A DNA stretch of 64,000 nt from positions 53,920 to 117,919 of IMG/VR virus record IMGVR_UViG_3300027808_000009; one strand, 5' to 3'. This document shows, piece after piece, positions 27,264 to 39,800 of the stretch. How positions within the stretch are numbered: the first letter of the stretch is position 1; the number at the start of each line of letters is the position of its first letter. Source of the DNA: a virus. The notes beneath the pieces are model-generated. The model made no database searches. It had not been told where the DNA came from and was given only the letters and a program-made list of their open reading frames with translations. The translations under genes were made by a program, and so were the position numbers.

Positions 27264-30200
27264 ATGGCTACATATATTTCAGGCGTTACCGATTATATAC
27301 CTCAGTTTCAACCATTTCAACCTGATTTAAACTTTTATGCAAACGCATTGCAGACTAAGCAAAATCAGTATGATACAAACTATAAAGCATTAAACAATGT
27401 TTATGGTCAATATTTTTATGCAGATTTAACTCATGGAGATAATCTTAAGAAAAAAGATGAATTAATTAAATCAATTGATTTTAATCTCAAGCGTGTCTCT
27501 GGTTTAGACTTATCTCTTGAACAAAATGTTACTCAAGCTCAACAAGTATTTAAACCTTTCTATGAAGATAAAAATCTTATGAAAGATATGGCTTGGACTA
27601 AAAATATAAATAGTCAAAAGTCATATGCAGCTGGATTAAAAAATGCAAGAGATGAAAAAATGAGAGCGCAGTATTGGGAAGCTGGTTTAAAAGCACTTGA
27701 ATATAAAACTGAAGAGTTTAAAAACGCTTCTCTTGAGGAGACAATGTCAATAGGAAATGCAAACTATACTCCTTATGTTAATGTAATGGAGAAAGCTCAA
27801 AAGATTGCTAAAGACCAAGGTTTTAAAGTTGAAAGCATGAAACCATCAGCTGACGGAAGATGGATGATAAAAACTACTAATGGTGAAAATATTCTTGAGC
27901 CCTTAAATAAATTACTTGAAGCACAATTAGGATCTGATCCAGCTGTTATTGATGTATATAAAACTCAAGCGTATGTAAATAGAAAAGATTATGCTTATTC
28001 TAATGCTGCTCAATTTGGTGGAGATCAAAATGCTGCTGAGATGAGTTATCTTTCTGAAAGTTATAAAGCACTTAAAGGTGAAAATGAAGCAAATTATAAA
28101 AAATTAAAAAATTCATCTGATACTTATAATAATCAAATTAGTACAGTACAAAAACAAATCACTGATGGTAATGCACAACCAGGAGCTGAAACATACTTAG
28201 AAAGATTACAAAAAGCTAAAGGTATTAATGACACTGTACTTTCAAGCACAGAATCAAATCATAATGAATTAAAAGATAAAGTAAGTACTGCAACAACTAC
28301 AAGTGGTTTTGAAAATCCATATGGTGATATTGAATCATTAAGATATAAAGTTGATAATGCAATGGCTTCTAGATTAATGCAAAAAGATCTAGGTGAAGCT
28401 GCAGATGTATATGCAATGTCTCATAGAGAAGTTGATTATGAAGCAAATATATATGCAGTTAAAGCTCAAGAGCATGCATATAGAATGCAAGAAGTTGCAT
28501 CTGCTAATGCAAGTAGAGAAAGAACTGCACAAATAAGAAATGCAGGTGAAGAAAAAAACATGTTTAATGCTCAAAGACTTGCGTCTGGAGGATACCATGT
28601 AGATGATAGACCTAAATTAGAAAATGGACAACCTAATCCTGAATATAACACTGTAGTTCCAAATGAAGACGGTGTCATGATTAATAATAGAGAGCATAGA
28701 AGTGGTACAGCTACACCTGAAATTAATATGAAAGTTAAAGGTGCAGAGAATATGAAACGTATGAGTGCTGAATATGCTGAACCAGTGTTTAAAAATATGA
28801 CTCAAACTCTTGAACAATTAAAAACTCAAGGGTTAATATCTAATGAAGACTTAACATCTATACTAGGATATGATAGATTTAAAAACATTAGTCTTACTAA
28901 ATTTAAAGACAAGTTATCTACTAATTCATATGGTTTCTTAAATAAAGAAGTAGGTGCTAAAAACTTAGATAATATTTATAATAAATTTAATAGATGGATT
29001 AAAGATCATAATGGTAATGGTGCTGTAACAGATGCTTATGAGAAATCAGGATTAGAGACTGCTGGTACTAAATTTACAGGATATAGTAAAAATCTTGCTA
29101 ATTATGATAAATGGAAAAAAGAAACATCTTCTGTTGTAGAACAAGAATTTTCAAGATCAGAAGATAGTGATGTAAAAAGATATGGTAAATACTTATATAC
29201 TGAAAGTGGTAGATTAAGAACTCAAAAAGAGTTTGATATATTAAGTAAAGTTGTTGGACAAAAAACTGAAAGATTAATAAATCCAATAAGTGGTTATTCA
29301 AGTAGTTCAACAACTGTACAAAATAATAAAGAATTATATGATAAACTTGTTCAAGCAGCAGGTAAAGTTTATAATACATCTTCAAAAATGATTAAAGCTC
29401 CTCCAGGAATTAGTGGAACAGGAACTGGACTTGCATCTAAAGAAAACTTTATATCTGTATATCATAATGCATTTGATCATGCAGGTAATGCATTCATGAG
29501 AGAAACAGTTAATGACTTAAATAATCTTGATTTAACTGATGATAATCAAGTTAAGATTTCATATGATGGTACAACTAAAATGGCTGGTGCTAAAAATAAA
29601 CCAGGTGGTGAAGGTGCACAATTAGTAAGAGATTATATAGCTGAATATCAAAATACTAAAGGATTAAATAAACCTTTTGAATTAGGTGCGGTAAACATTG
29701 CAGAAAATAATTCTAAAAGAGGTGCAATGATTATTAGACCTGATGATGAATGGTTGAAAAAACAAATATATACACTTGATGCAAGCGGTAAAAGAAAAGC
29801 AGGTAGAATAAGTGAATCTGAATATAATGCAATTGTAAAAAATGGTATATCTGTTATTGCAGATTCAAAAAGTTTTAATAATGGTTTATATAAATCAGCT
29901 TACTTAGATCCAGTTCAAGCTGTAGTAGCATATGATGGTAAGTATGAATATGTAGATCCATTAGATGAGGAGAACTATAATAAATTTACTATAGTACCAG
30001 ATAAATTAGGTACAACAGATTATGTTGCTAAAACACAATATAAAGTGTGGGATCCAAATGCAAAAAAATGGGACTATCAAGGAACATATGATGCACTTAT
30101 TTCAAAAGAAGAAGGGCTTACAAATACTGTAGAATATGCAGAAAACTTTTTTAAATCATTAAGAACTCATAATAAAGATCAGTACAATGTTGACAGATGA
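27264..30200 (+). CDS. virion cargo/ejection protein
   Basis: 978 aa; MATYISGVTDYIPQFQPFQPD N-terminus, long helical body; lies between cargo genes and the RNAP cluster. Confidence 0.55.
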   Translation: MATYISGVTDYIPQFQPFQPDLNFYANALQTKQNQYDTNYKALNNVYGQYFYADLTHGDNLKKKDELIKSIDFNLKRVSGLDLSLEQNVTQAQQVFKPFYEDKNLMKDMAWTKNINSQKSYAAGLKNARDEKMRAQYWEAGLKALEYKTEEFKNASLEETMSIGNANYTPYVNVMEKAQKIAKDQGFKVESMKPSADGRWMIKTTNGENILEPLNKLLEAQLGSDPAVIDVYKTQAYVNRKDYAYSNAAQFGGDQNAAEMSYLSESYKALKGENEANYKKLKNSSDTYNNQISTVQKQITDGNAQPGAETYLERLQKAKGINDTVLSSTESNHNELKDKVSTATTTSGFENPYGDIESLRYKVDNAMASRLMQKDLGEAADVYAMSHREVDYEANIYAVKAQEHAYRMQEVASANASRERTAQIRNAGEEKNMFNAQRLASGGYHVDDRPKLENGQPNPEYNTVVPNEDGVMINNREHRSGTATPEINMKVKGAENMKRMSAEYAEPVFKNMTQTLEQLKTQGLISNEDLTSILGYDRFKNISLTKFKDKLSTNSYGFLNKEVGAKNLDNIYNKFNRWIKDHNGNGAVTDAYEKSGLETAGTKFTGYSKNLANYDKWKKETSSVVEQEFSRSEDSDVKRYGKYLYTESGRLRTQKEFDILSKVVGQKTERLINPISGYSSSSTTVQNNKELYDKLVQAAGKVYNTSSKMIKAPPGISGTGTGLASKENFISVYHNAFDHAGNAFMRETVNDLNNLDLTDDNQVKISYDGTTKMAGAKNKPGGEGAQLVRDYIAEYQNTKGLNKPFELGAVNIAENNSKRGAMIIRPDDEWLKKQIYTLDASGKRKAGRISESEYNAIVKNGISVIADSKSFNNGLYKSAYLDPVQAVVAYDGKYEYVDPLDEENYNKFTIVPDKLGTTDYVAKTQYKVWDPNAKKWDYQGTYDALISKEEGLTNTVEYAENFFKSLRTHNKDQYNVDR

Positions 30201-33200
30201 TAATCAAGAATTTAACTCACTAGATCCACTTGGACCTCAGTTTGGAAAAGCTAATCAACAAGAAATTAGCAGTGAAGCATTAAAACCTTTTGAAGGAGCT
30301 CCCATTAAACCAGTTAAAGATTACTTTCCTGTTATTCCTCAGTCAGGTGCATTAACAAGAGGTGACTATGCAGTTAAAGATATTATAACTGGTCAGGCTC
30401 CAAATCAACCACCTGCAAGATCTAAACAAAAAGTATCTGCAGCTGATTTTGGTAGAGCAGCTCAACAGCATTTTGATATGCAGTTGAGAACTAATCAAAA
30501 TAAAAATAATATATCTAAAGTAGCAGCATATAATGCTGGACCTTCAGGTAATTCTTTTTATAAAAGGTATGCTGCATATGGTCAAGAAAAATTTGATAAG
30601 ATTGGTTTTAGTCCTACAAGAGATAATGAGGCATTATACAATAGTCATACTACTGCATGGAATGATTTCAGCAGAATGATGACTAATTCATTTGTACCAT
30701 TATTTAGTAGAGGTTTTGTATCAGGTCCTAAGAGTTTAATAAATGCACTAGGTGGAGATTTTAGTGGAGACACTGAAGATGCAAAAATATATGAAGAAGC
30801 AGCAGCAATTGGTCAATCTACTAAAGGTGGCTTTTCTGGTTTCTTTAATAATACTGCAATGAACTTTGCTTATACAGCAGGGATCATGACTGAAGCAATT
30901 GCAGAAGAAGTTGGTATGATGGCAATTACTGCAGCAACAGGTGGTGCAACATTACCAGCATTGTTTGCAACTACAGCAAACGCAGGTAAAAATATTTTAA
31001 GAGGTATAAAAGGACTTGATAAAGTTGGTGATGGTTTTAAAGCTGTTAATAAAACTCTTAAAAGTTTAAATAATATTGATGAAACAAGAAAGTTGTTTAC
31101 TACAATAAAAGCTGGAGCAAATTCTAAAGTGGGTAAATTTTTAAATCCATTTGAAAATATGACTGAAGCATTTGGTACTATTGCTAAGAATGAAAATAAC
31201 TTAGAAGGATTAGCAAGAACTGCATCTGCAATAAATAAAACAGCAGGGGGATTGTTTAGAGATGTAAGAAATGCTAACATGGCATTATCTGAAGCAAGAC
31301 TTGAAGCAGGTATGAATGAAAATGCAGTATATGATAAAATATATACTGAATATTATAAAAAGAATGGTGTACCACCAGATAATGATACTCAATTTCTTAT
31401 GCTACAAAAAGCAAAAGAAGCGGGAATGAGTACTCTTATTATGAATTCAGCATTAATATTTGGTTCAAATAAAATTGTATTACCAAACATACTTGGACCA
31501 AAAGGTGGACCAGCTGGTTTTTTAAGAAGTAAAGTTGATGATGTAATGAATCTTAAAGATGGTAAAGTAGTCTTTGAGCAATTTGGTAAAAAAGCAAAAG
31601 AAGGTGTTAAGCAAGTAGGTAAAGGTGAATTTAAATATGTTGAAGATAGTTTAAAAAATACTGCAAAACAAATATTGAAACAACCTGGTAGAGCACTATT
31701 AAAAAGTTCTGCGGGTTACTTTAAAGGTAATATAATGGAAGGTGTACAAGAAAACTTACAAGAAGTTATTGCTGGTGCAAATGAAAAATATTACTCAGAT
31801 GCATTAAGTAATAGAGTACTTGGTACTCACATTAATGAAAGAGGTAAAGCATCAATAATGATGGATGAATTTGGTAAACAATTTACATCACAAGGATTTG
31901 AGACTTTTGCTTCAGGTTTCTTTATGGGTATGTTTGCTAAACCATTTAATGCTGCATTGCCTACGTTGTTTAATGGATACAATAGAGTATTTAATAAAGA
32001 TGAATACTTAAAATATAAAGAGATAAGAAAATCATATGGTGAGGGTTTAACAAATAGATTAAACACTATGTATTCTGACCCTAAAGATTTCTTTAACTCA
32101 AAGTTTTTCAACTATGGTGTTCAGAATGAATTAGCAACTACAATTGAAACTGCAGACAGCAAGCTTAAAAAAGATGCTATGGATGAGGCTTTTGGTAATC
32201 AAGTAATGACAGCTTTAGAAACAAACACTGTTAACTTTTTTACTGAGCACTTAAGTTCAATGAAGGACATGACACCTGATGAATTTGAAGAAGCATTTAG
32301 ATTTGAAAAAGGTACTGGTGCAAAATATCAAGGAAGAATTGATGGTATCATTGATACAGCTAAAAATATGGAAAAAAGCTATAAGTATGCTAATGATAGA
32401 TTTCCAAATCCAATTAACTTAAGCCCATTAAAAAAAGGTACTGAAGAATATAATGAAGCAACTATTTTTTCTAATGCATGGGAACATGGTAAAAAAAATT
32501 ATGTTTTATTAAATCAAAGTTTTAATGATACCATGGGTAGAATGAGAGATATCATGGGTACTGTTAAAGATAATCCTTCTTTAAAAAATATGGCTCAGGC
32601 AGATATTGATTTAATATTTGAACCAAATAAGATTGGTAATGAAGCAGCAATGCTTAAAACTGAAATTGAAGGTTTAAAATTATCTCAAGATCCAGCATCT
32701 AAACAACAGGCCGTTGAAAAACAAAATAAACTTGATGCATTAAGCAACTTTTTAGATATACATACTAAACATAATGCATATCATAATAGAGCTGACTATG
32801 CAGAAAATATATTTGAAGCATATAAAAAGAAAACGGGTGAGACTGAGTTATCAGATGATACTAAACAATATATACTTGATACCGCATTTGGTGAAAAGAA
32901 TGATGAAAATACTTTAAAAGCAAACTCTGAACTTGAAGATGTTTATAAAAAATATTTAAAAACAGTTAATGGTGTAGATAACAGTTATGTATTTGATACT
33001 GATATTGATGAAAGTTTTAATAAACTATTAGATCATTATTTACTTGATGCTGAGTCTAAAAAACTTGTTACATATATTAATCTATTACATAATCCAAAAT
33101 CATTTGTTGAACACGTAGAGAAAACAAAACAATGGATGACTAATATGTATAATAACAGAAAAGAGTATTATACAGATATGGTTAATAAACAGTTGGCTGG

Positions 33201-36200
33201 TATTGAAACAAATGCATTATTAAATCAATTAGCAGATTTAAATGTTTTTGTTGACTTAGATGTATTACAAGACTACATGGAGAATGATGTTATACCTAAA
33301 GAATTTTTTGATGAAACTACTAAACAAGTAATACCAAAAGGTACTAAAAAGTATAATGAGATATTTAATATTCTTGCATTAAATAAAAGATTAAAAGCTG
33401 AAGATGTAGAAAAACCTACACTTGATGATACACTACAAGAAAAAGTTGATACACTTGAGATACAAGAAAATAAAGAGTTAGATGAACTTGAAAAAGTAGA
33501 GGTAGTTAAAGTTATTAAAAAACAAGTTGCAACTACTACTAAATTAACAATTAATGATATATTAAATGATATTGAGGAATATCAATATGTTGATGCTAAA
33601 TACGATGGTACTGAACAAATAGTTACAATGTATTTTGGATTTGCTGGATTAAAAGCAGATAATAATCAAGGTGAACTACTTGATGCTGATGCTATTAAAG
33701 ATAAGTTTTCTGAATATACTATCTATAAAAAATCATTACAAGCTGATCCTGAAGAAGTTAAAGCTATTAAGGAAAAGTATAATGCATTAAGAGATCAAGC
33801 AGCTGAAGCATTTAATGAAAATAAAGCTAAAACAAAAGCTGATATATATTCTAATTTTACTCCAGTAGAACAATTACCTAAAGATTTAGTAACACAACTA
33901 AAGACTGCATTTTCACAAACTGAAGAAGCAATAAAAGCTGATGAAGATGATATAAGTGGTGAAGAACTTGATGATATATTTAAAGTCTTTGTAAAAAATA
34001 ATTCACTAGCCGATGATATTATTTCAGAATATAATGATAAAAGTAAAGATGCAGTTGAAAAAGAAAAATTAGGTGAGATAGATGACTTTGATTTTGTTTC
34101 AAATAATAAAAGATTAAATACTGCTAATTATTCAACAGAAGATATTAAAGTATTAAGAAAACAATTTGAGGAATTGAGAGATAATGCAGATACAACCCTT
34201 AAGAAAACTGCTTATCAAGATGTTATTACTAAATTCAACAAGTTAATATCTACAAGAGATGTACAAAACTTTACACCAGAGGTACAAGAGATAATTAAAA
34301 CATTAAAGAATGAGTTATTTGCTAAACAAAGTGGTATAAATAAACTTGGTGAAGAAGGTTATGCAGTTAAAGGACAAATATTAGCAAGAGTAAGTAATTT
34401 TATTGAAAAGTATAAAACTGAAAAATATAGATATACAGGTGCAGATATAGTTAAAGATGCTTATGACATGACAATAGGTAATACAGGGTTTAATGAAAGA
34501 GGTATACAATTTTTTATTAATAAATTAAAACTTGACTTACATATTGATTCAGTTAAAAAGAACTATGGTTATACAGATGAAACTGAGGCATTACTTAAAA
34601 AACACTTAAAGAATTTATTAGTACAAGATTTAAATAAAGTATTATTTAAAAATAAAGAAGAGTTATTAGAAGATATTCAAGCATTTATAAGTGAAAATAC
34701 ATATGAGGCATCAAGAGATGGTGGTACTTATGTAGATGATGAGTTAAGAAAATTCTTTACAAAAGGTGGAGCACCCGTATTTGATGAGAAAAAAATTACT
34801 AGAGAAGCATATGATAATTTATTTGGGCCAACAAGTTTCTTAAAACCTATCAAGCAAAGAATTGATGCTGGTCAATTATATACAGTTGCAACTAATCTTA
34901 AAGTATATGATGTAGATTCTAACGTAGCAGGTGAGATGGATTTACTACTTATTGATAAGGAAGGTAAACTACACATCATTGATTTTAAAACAGGTAATGA
35001 AACTAAATGGGATGGATTTGTAACGCAGACTAAATTCAGTAAAAATAAACTTGAAGCATATACGCTTCAACAATATACTTATGCAAGGTTGTTAAAAAAG
35101 ATGACAGGTCTTGATGCTGATATTAATATATTCCCAATAGAAACTACATTAGATCAAAACAGTAAAAAAGTATTAACTGCTGGTGCACCTACTAATACAA
35201 AACTTAATGGTCCAGGTAAGTGGTACTTCTCACTTGATCCTAATTTTACAGATGCTAAAGCTAAGATTGATAAAGCAATACCTATTGAAGCACCAGTTAT
35301 TAAAGTAGCAACATCTATTAACCCAGTGTATAAAAAACAACTTGTAAACTTAGGTTATCCAATTGGTATTATCAATGACTTAACTAAAGAACAAGCAGCT
35401 GAACTTACTAAAGATAATGTACCATACAAGGAGTTTATTAAACAAACTAGTGGAGCTAAAATGTCATTTGGTAAAGCAGCTGCTGAAACAGTTACACCTA
35501 CAGATACTAAAGCTGATATAGAAAAAGAAATAAAAGAAACTCTTAGAAACATAACATATGCTAATGGTACAAAACCTTATGATAATCTTGATATTCAAAA
35601 TGAATTAGAAATCAATCAAGCATCTAGAAATATAGTAAATGCTTTATCTAAAGATCAACCTCTTACTTTTGAGTTTCTTAAAGCTAATTTAGGTGGAATA
35701 TTTACAACAACTAATAATAATGTAATTAAGATAAATATTAATAAAGGAACCAGTAATATAGAACTTTCTGAAGTAGGTACTGTTAGAACTATTATTATAG
35801 ATAAAAATAATAACATATCTTATGATTTTGAAGATAGGGGTAAACAATTAAATCTTAAAGCAGCTAGAGCTATTAGTCAAGCAGAAAGTAAACATCAAGA
35901 TAAATTAAAAGATATTTTTAAAAAATATGATGCAGAACTAACTTCTTTAACACAATTTACTGAAACTACAACTACTACAGATACTAAAGCTGACTTACTT
36001 AATAAGTATAATAAAGACGTAGCTAAAATTACAAATAACTATGCTAAACAAATAGATTCTGTTGGTAAAGCAAGATATAGAAACAATCTTGAAGAAGCTA
36101 GGGATAATGAGTTATTAAAATTAAAAGAAGATTATGATGCAGAACTAGCTGCTTTAGAAAAAACTACTGAAAATAAATCAGTTGTTGAATCAGTATTGGA

Positions 36201-36804
36201 TACTAAAGACATAGATAAAAGAAGAAATAAAGCATACGGTAGCATACAGTTTAATTACTCAACTGATGAAGGTTACTATGGTGTATATACTGATGCACAA
36301 GGTAAAGAAGAACTTATTGAAAGTGGGAATGAAAAAGCAATTAAAGCAATACTTAAAGAGAAGTATGATGCTGAAGTAGCTGCATTACAACCTCAAACAG
36401 GACCAGTTACTAAAGCATCTGAGCTTAATCTACAAAAAGAGGATACAGTAGTTGTTAAAGAACCAATACCTGAATTTGCAGAAAAAGGTGATACATTAAC
36501 TGTTTTGAAATCTGATGAAAATTCAGTATCTTTTACAAATAAGGGTAAAGAAAAAACCTTATCTTTACAAGAGTTAAATAAACACACAACAACAATGGAT
36601 ATTCTTAAAACAGAGCAAGCAGAATCAACACCAGAAATACTTGATGCTATTGATAAACAGACTATTAATGAGACAGTTAATGCATTGACTGATTTTATTG
36701 GTGATAAAAAAGCAATTCAAGATGCTATTAAAAAAGCGGCTTCAAGTAATGTAACTGCTGAAAATCTTACAAATGATTTACTAGACAACTTAGAGTGTCA
36801 ATAA
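30187..36804 (+). CDS. giant ejection protein of the vRNAP cluster, with internal PD-(D/E)XK nuclease-like domain and C-terminal repeats
   Basis: 2205 aa; amphipathic/hydrophobic N-terminal helices; VAGEMDLLLIDKEGKLHIIDFKTG...QQYTY near 34920-35140; DTKAD...YDAEL repeats. Confidence 0.7.
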   Translation: MLTDDNQEFNSLDPLGPQFGKANQQEISSEALKPFEGAPIKPVKDYFPVIPQSGALTRGDYAVKDIITGQAPNQPPARSKQKVSAADFGRAAQQHFDMQLRTNQNKNNISKVAAYNAGPSGNSFYKRYAAYGQEKFDKIGFSPTRDNEALYNSHTTAWNDFSRMMTNSFVPLFSRGFVSGPKSLINALGGDFSGDTEDAKIYEEAAAIGQSTKGGFSGFFNNTAMNFAYTAGIMTEAIAEEVGMMAITAATGGATLPALFATTANAGKNILRGIKGLDKVGDGFKAVNKTLKSLNNIDETRKLFTTIKAGANSKVGKFLNPFENMTEAFGTIAKNENNLEGLARTASAINKTAGGLFRDVRNANMALSEARLEAGMNENAVYDKIYTEYYKKNGVPPDNDTQFLMLQKAKEAGMSTLIMNSALIFGSNKIVLPNILGPKGGPAGFLRSKVDDVMNLKDGKVVFEQFGKKAKEGVKQVGKGEFKYVEDSLKNTAKQILKQPGRALLKSSAGYFKGNIMEGVQENLQEVIAGANEKYYSDALSNRVLGTHINERGKASIMMDEFGKQFTSQGFETFASGFFMGMFAKPFNAALPTLFNGYNRVFNKDEYLKYKEIRKSYGEGLTNRLNTMYSDPKDFFNSKFFNYGVQNELATTIETADSKLKKDAMDEAFGNQVMTALETNTVNFFTEHLSSMKDMTPDEFEEAFRFEKGTGAKYQGRIDGIIDTAKNMEKSYKYANDRFPNPINLSPLKKGTEEYNEATIFSNAWEHGKKNYVLLNQSFNDTMGRMRDIMGTVKDNPSLKNMAQADIDLIFEPNKIGNEAAMLKTEIEGLKLSQDPASKQQAVEKQNKLDALSNFLDIHTKHNAYHNRADYAENIFEAYKKKTGETELSDDTKQYILDTAFGEKNDENTLKANSELEDVYKKYLKTVNGVDNSYVFDTDIDESFNKLLDHYLLDAESKKLVTYINLLHNPKSFVEHVEKTKQWMTNMYNNRKEYYTDMVNKQLAGIETNALLNQLADLNVFVDLDVLQDYMENDVIPKEFFDETTKQVIPKGTKKYNEIFNILALNKRLKAEDVEKPTLDDTLQEKVDTLEIQENKELDELEKVEVVKVIKKQVATTTKLTINDILNDIEEYQYVDAKYDGTEQIVTMYFGFAGLKADNNQGELLDADAIKDKFSEYTIYKKSLQADPEEVKAIKEKYNALRDQAAEAFNENKAKTKADIYSNFTPVEQLPKDLVTQLKTAFSQTEEAIKADEDDISGEELDDIFKVFVKNNSLADDIISEYNDKSKDAVEKEKLGEIDDFDFVSNNKRLNTANYSTEDIKVLRKQFEELRDNADTTLKKTAYQDVITKFNKLISTRDVQNFTPEVQEIIKTLKNELFAKQSGINKLGEEGYAVKGQILARVSNFIEKYKTEKYRYTGADIVKDAYDMTIGNTGFNERGIQFFINKLKLDLHIDSVKKNYGYTDETEALLKKHLKNLLVQDLNKVLFKNKEELLEDIQAFISENTYEASRDGGTYVDDELRKFFTKGGAPVFDEKKITREAYDNLFGPTSFLKPIKQRIDAGQLYTVATNLKVYDVDSNVAGEMDLLLIDKEGKLHIIDFKTGNETKWDGFVTQTKFSKNKLEAYTLQQYTYARLLKKMTGLDADINIFPIETTLDQNSKKVLTAGAPTNTKLNGPGKWYFSLDPNFTDAKAKIDKAIPIEAPVIKVATSINPVYKKQLVNLGYPIGIINDLTKEQAAELTKDNVPYKEFIKQTSGAKMSFGKAAAETVTPTDTKADIEKEIKETLRNITYANGTKPYDNLDIQNELEINQASRNIVNALSKDQPLTFEFLKANLGGIFTTTNNNVIKININKGTSNIELSEVGTVRTIIIDKNNNISYDFEDRGKQLNLKAARAISQAESKHQDKLKDIFKKYDAELTSLTQFTETTTTTDTKADLLNKYNKDVAKITNNYAKQIDSVGKARYRNNLEEARDNELLKLKEDYDAELAALEKTTENKSVVESVLDTKDIDKRRNKAYGSIQFNYSTDEGYYGVYTDAQGKEELIESGNEKAIKAILKEKYDAEVAALQPQTGPVTKASELNLQKEDTVVVKEPIPEFAEKGDTLTVLKSDENSVSFTNKGKEKTLSLQELNKHTTTMDILKTEQAESTPEILDAIDKQTINETVNALTDFIGDKKAIQDAIKKAASSNVTAENLTNDLLDNLECQ
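35498..36380 (+). repeat. intragenic dispersed repeats in the 2205-aa gene
   Basis: CTACAGATACTAAAGCTGA at 35498 and 35975; TATGATGCAGAACTA at 35926 and 36133; degenerate copies near 36198 and 36364. Confidence 0.75.
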
Positions 36805-36815
36805 ACTAATTAAAT

Positions 36816-39800
36816 ATGAATATTACTTGTGCTTTAACTAAAACGCAAATAGAAAAGCTATTTGCTAAAATTTATAGAGATTTATTTGATTCATTAAATG
36901 ATAATAAGTCTGTTGATGTAAAGTCTTATATGCAAACTTTATTCAATACAATTGAATCTAAATCAGATGCAGATAAAGCAGCAACATTTTTACAGAATGT
37001 ACCATCACTATTACATACTGCAATAGGTGATTATAGTTTAGCACGTCTTGAAATTGATGATAGTAGTATTAGACCATTAATTAATAAGTTTCTTAATCCA
37101 GAAACGGGTTTATTAGATGTACTACAATACTTTAGACCTAAAGATATTATCAAAGAGATACAGAATGATGTAAATATAAAGAACAATAGTATTAACAGTC
37201 CTAAGTTTACTGAGGATGCTGATGTACCAGTATCTCCAAGATATAAAGCATCAAGTGCATTTACAACTACAATGCAACAGTTTATTACTAGAGATCCAAA
37301 TAATAACTTAACTATTGAAGAAATAGATCCTAATAAGGTAAGAATATATAATACATTAGAAAAACTTAAAAAAGCATTTAATTCAAAAGATAATAGTGTA
37401 CTAAATCCAAAATACCAAGGTAGACTATTAAAACTTAAAGGTGTAAGATTAGATAGTGTTGCAGCTAGTTTAGATAAAACTACAGCTGCTTTATTAGTTA
37501 AAGCAAACTCAATTAAAAAAAAAGGTGGTGTAAACTTTCTTGAAGATGCAATTATATTAATGGTGACTGATGAGTTTGGTACTCCAATAAACTTTAGTAA
37601 AGAAGGTGATATTACATCTAAAGAAGAAGGTGGTAAACCTGTGTATCAATTTTTAAGAAATGTTACTGTTGATGAAGAAACAGGTGACTATACTATAAAA
37701 GATATTTATGGTAAAGAAGAAAGAATACAATCTGTAGAAGATCAGATTACTAATTATGGATCTAGTATATATGGTACAAAGTCTCTTAATGAATTCAAAC
37801 AAGTTTTAGAAGCAGAAGGTGAAAGCTATGATGATTTGTATAATGATTTAAAACAACAGCAACAAGCTGACTTTAAAGCTCTTCTAGATGTACATAAAGA
37901 AATACTAAAAGAAAAAGAAAAGCTATTTGATATAATGGATGTTAGTGCTGGTATACCACTTGATTTTACAGGTGGTAATATGCCTTTAAATGATTTTTTA
38001 AAATTAACCGATAACTTAAATACCAATTATAAATTTACTACACTAAGAACAGAAAGAGATGATATAAAAGCTGGTAATACTGTTATATCTATTAATGATT
38101 ATGAGATACCAGTTGATAGAAAAAATATGTCTGCGGACTTAATAAATAAAATTGCAGCTGCATTAGTTAGTAGTAAAATGGATGGTAGGGAAAAGTATGC
38201 CTTTTATGATCAGTTTTCTCATAATAATATAAACTTTGATGATAAAAAGTTATTTGTAGTTTATAAGCCTGAGTCTGGTTTAGAGGTAAGCTATAAAGAA
38301 GATACAAAAAATCCTAAAAGAGAAATAGTTGATTTAACTAATAAAGAAATAGCAAAAGCAATTATTATAAAAGCATTAGGCACTGAAAGAGGTACAGCTA
38401 GTAAACCATATTCTGCTAATATGAAAATTAATGCTGACTTATTAGAAAAGAGTACTCAGTTTTTTGATTATGATTTATTAAAGGATGAACCTGTTGAAGC
38501 ATCATATAGAGAATTTTTAAGTAAAGTAAATCCTACTGTTAAATTTAAAAATAATGAACCAGGTGTATATAACTCATACTTTGCATTTAGAGTTAATGAT
38601 AACTTAAGTAAAGAGTTAAAGAAGGCTAAAGAAAAAGTTCAAGAGAAAACATATACTACAGACTCTTATATAAGACAAGCTAAAGATGCTTTATTACTTA
38701 AACTTACAGAGAATAAAAACATATCTGGTACTGTAACAGGTAGTGTAACAAAAACTACATTTATAATCCAAGTTGATGGTAAGTCTGTTCAAGGTAGATT
38801 TGAAGAGGGTTTGTCAATTACATCAGTACCAACAAATTATACTGTAAGATTTTCTGTAGGTGAAGCAATAGTAGATGGTAAAAGAATAACAGATGTTATA
38901 TCTATCTATGCAGGAGATAAAAAAATTGGTCAAGTAAGTGAAACTGATTATAAAGCTGGAGAAAAACCAAGAACTTATGAAGATGCTAAAATAGCTGATG
39001 AAAAAGTAATTAATCCAATTGATGTACCACAACCATCTGATAAAAAAGGTAAGAGAAGTGGAATTAGTAAATTATGGGATAGGTCAAGTAAACTACCAAG
39101 TGATGTTACAAGAGAAGAAGTTGATGCTGCTCAAGAGTGGTGGGAGAATTCTCCGTTGTCTAAGTTTATTGAACTTGAGCACATGGCTAACATTGTTAAC
39201 TCTGATGTTTATGCAAGATTTATTATATCTGGTAAAAGATTAGAAGATACTAAAATACAATTAGATACTGCTACTGGTGGTTCTGCTGTAGATTTATACC
39301 ATGAAGCTTGGCATGCATTCTCTCAATTGTACTTAACTAAAGATCAAAAGACTAAGTTATATGCTGAGACAAGAAAAAGATTAAATAATAATGACCTTAC
39401 TCCACTTGAAGTAGAAGAAATAATAGCTGAGGATTTTAGAACTTATGCTAAAAATCCTAAACCAACAGGAGATGCACCAATAAGAAATACTTTATTCAGA
39501 AAAATCTGGAACTTTATCAAAGCACTTTTTGGTAAACGTAATACTAAAGATGAGTTATTTAAAGAATTATTCTTTGCAAGTAAAAATCCTAAGCTTTTAA
39601 ACAAGTATGCACCACTTGTTGATAACGCAATGTTTGACATACTTAATAGAGATAGAGGTATCTTAAATGTTGAAACAAAAGAACTTGAATTAAGCTTTCA
39701 AGACTCAATGACTGTATCAAGTCAAATTGATTCTGCTTTATCAGAATTAATTGATGAAATATATACAGATAGAGTAGAGAGAGAAAAGCAAGGAGAAGTA

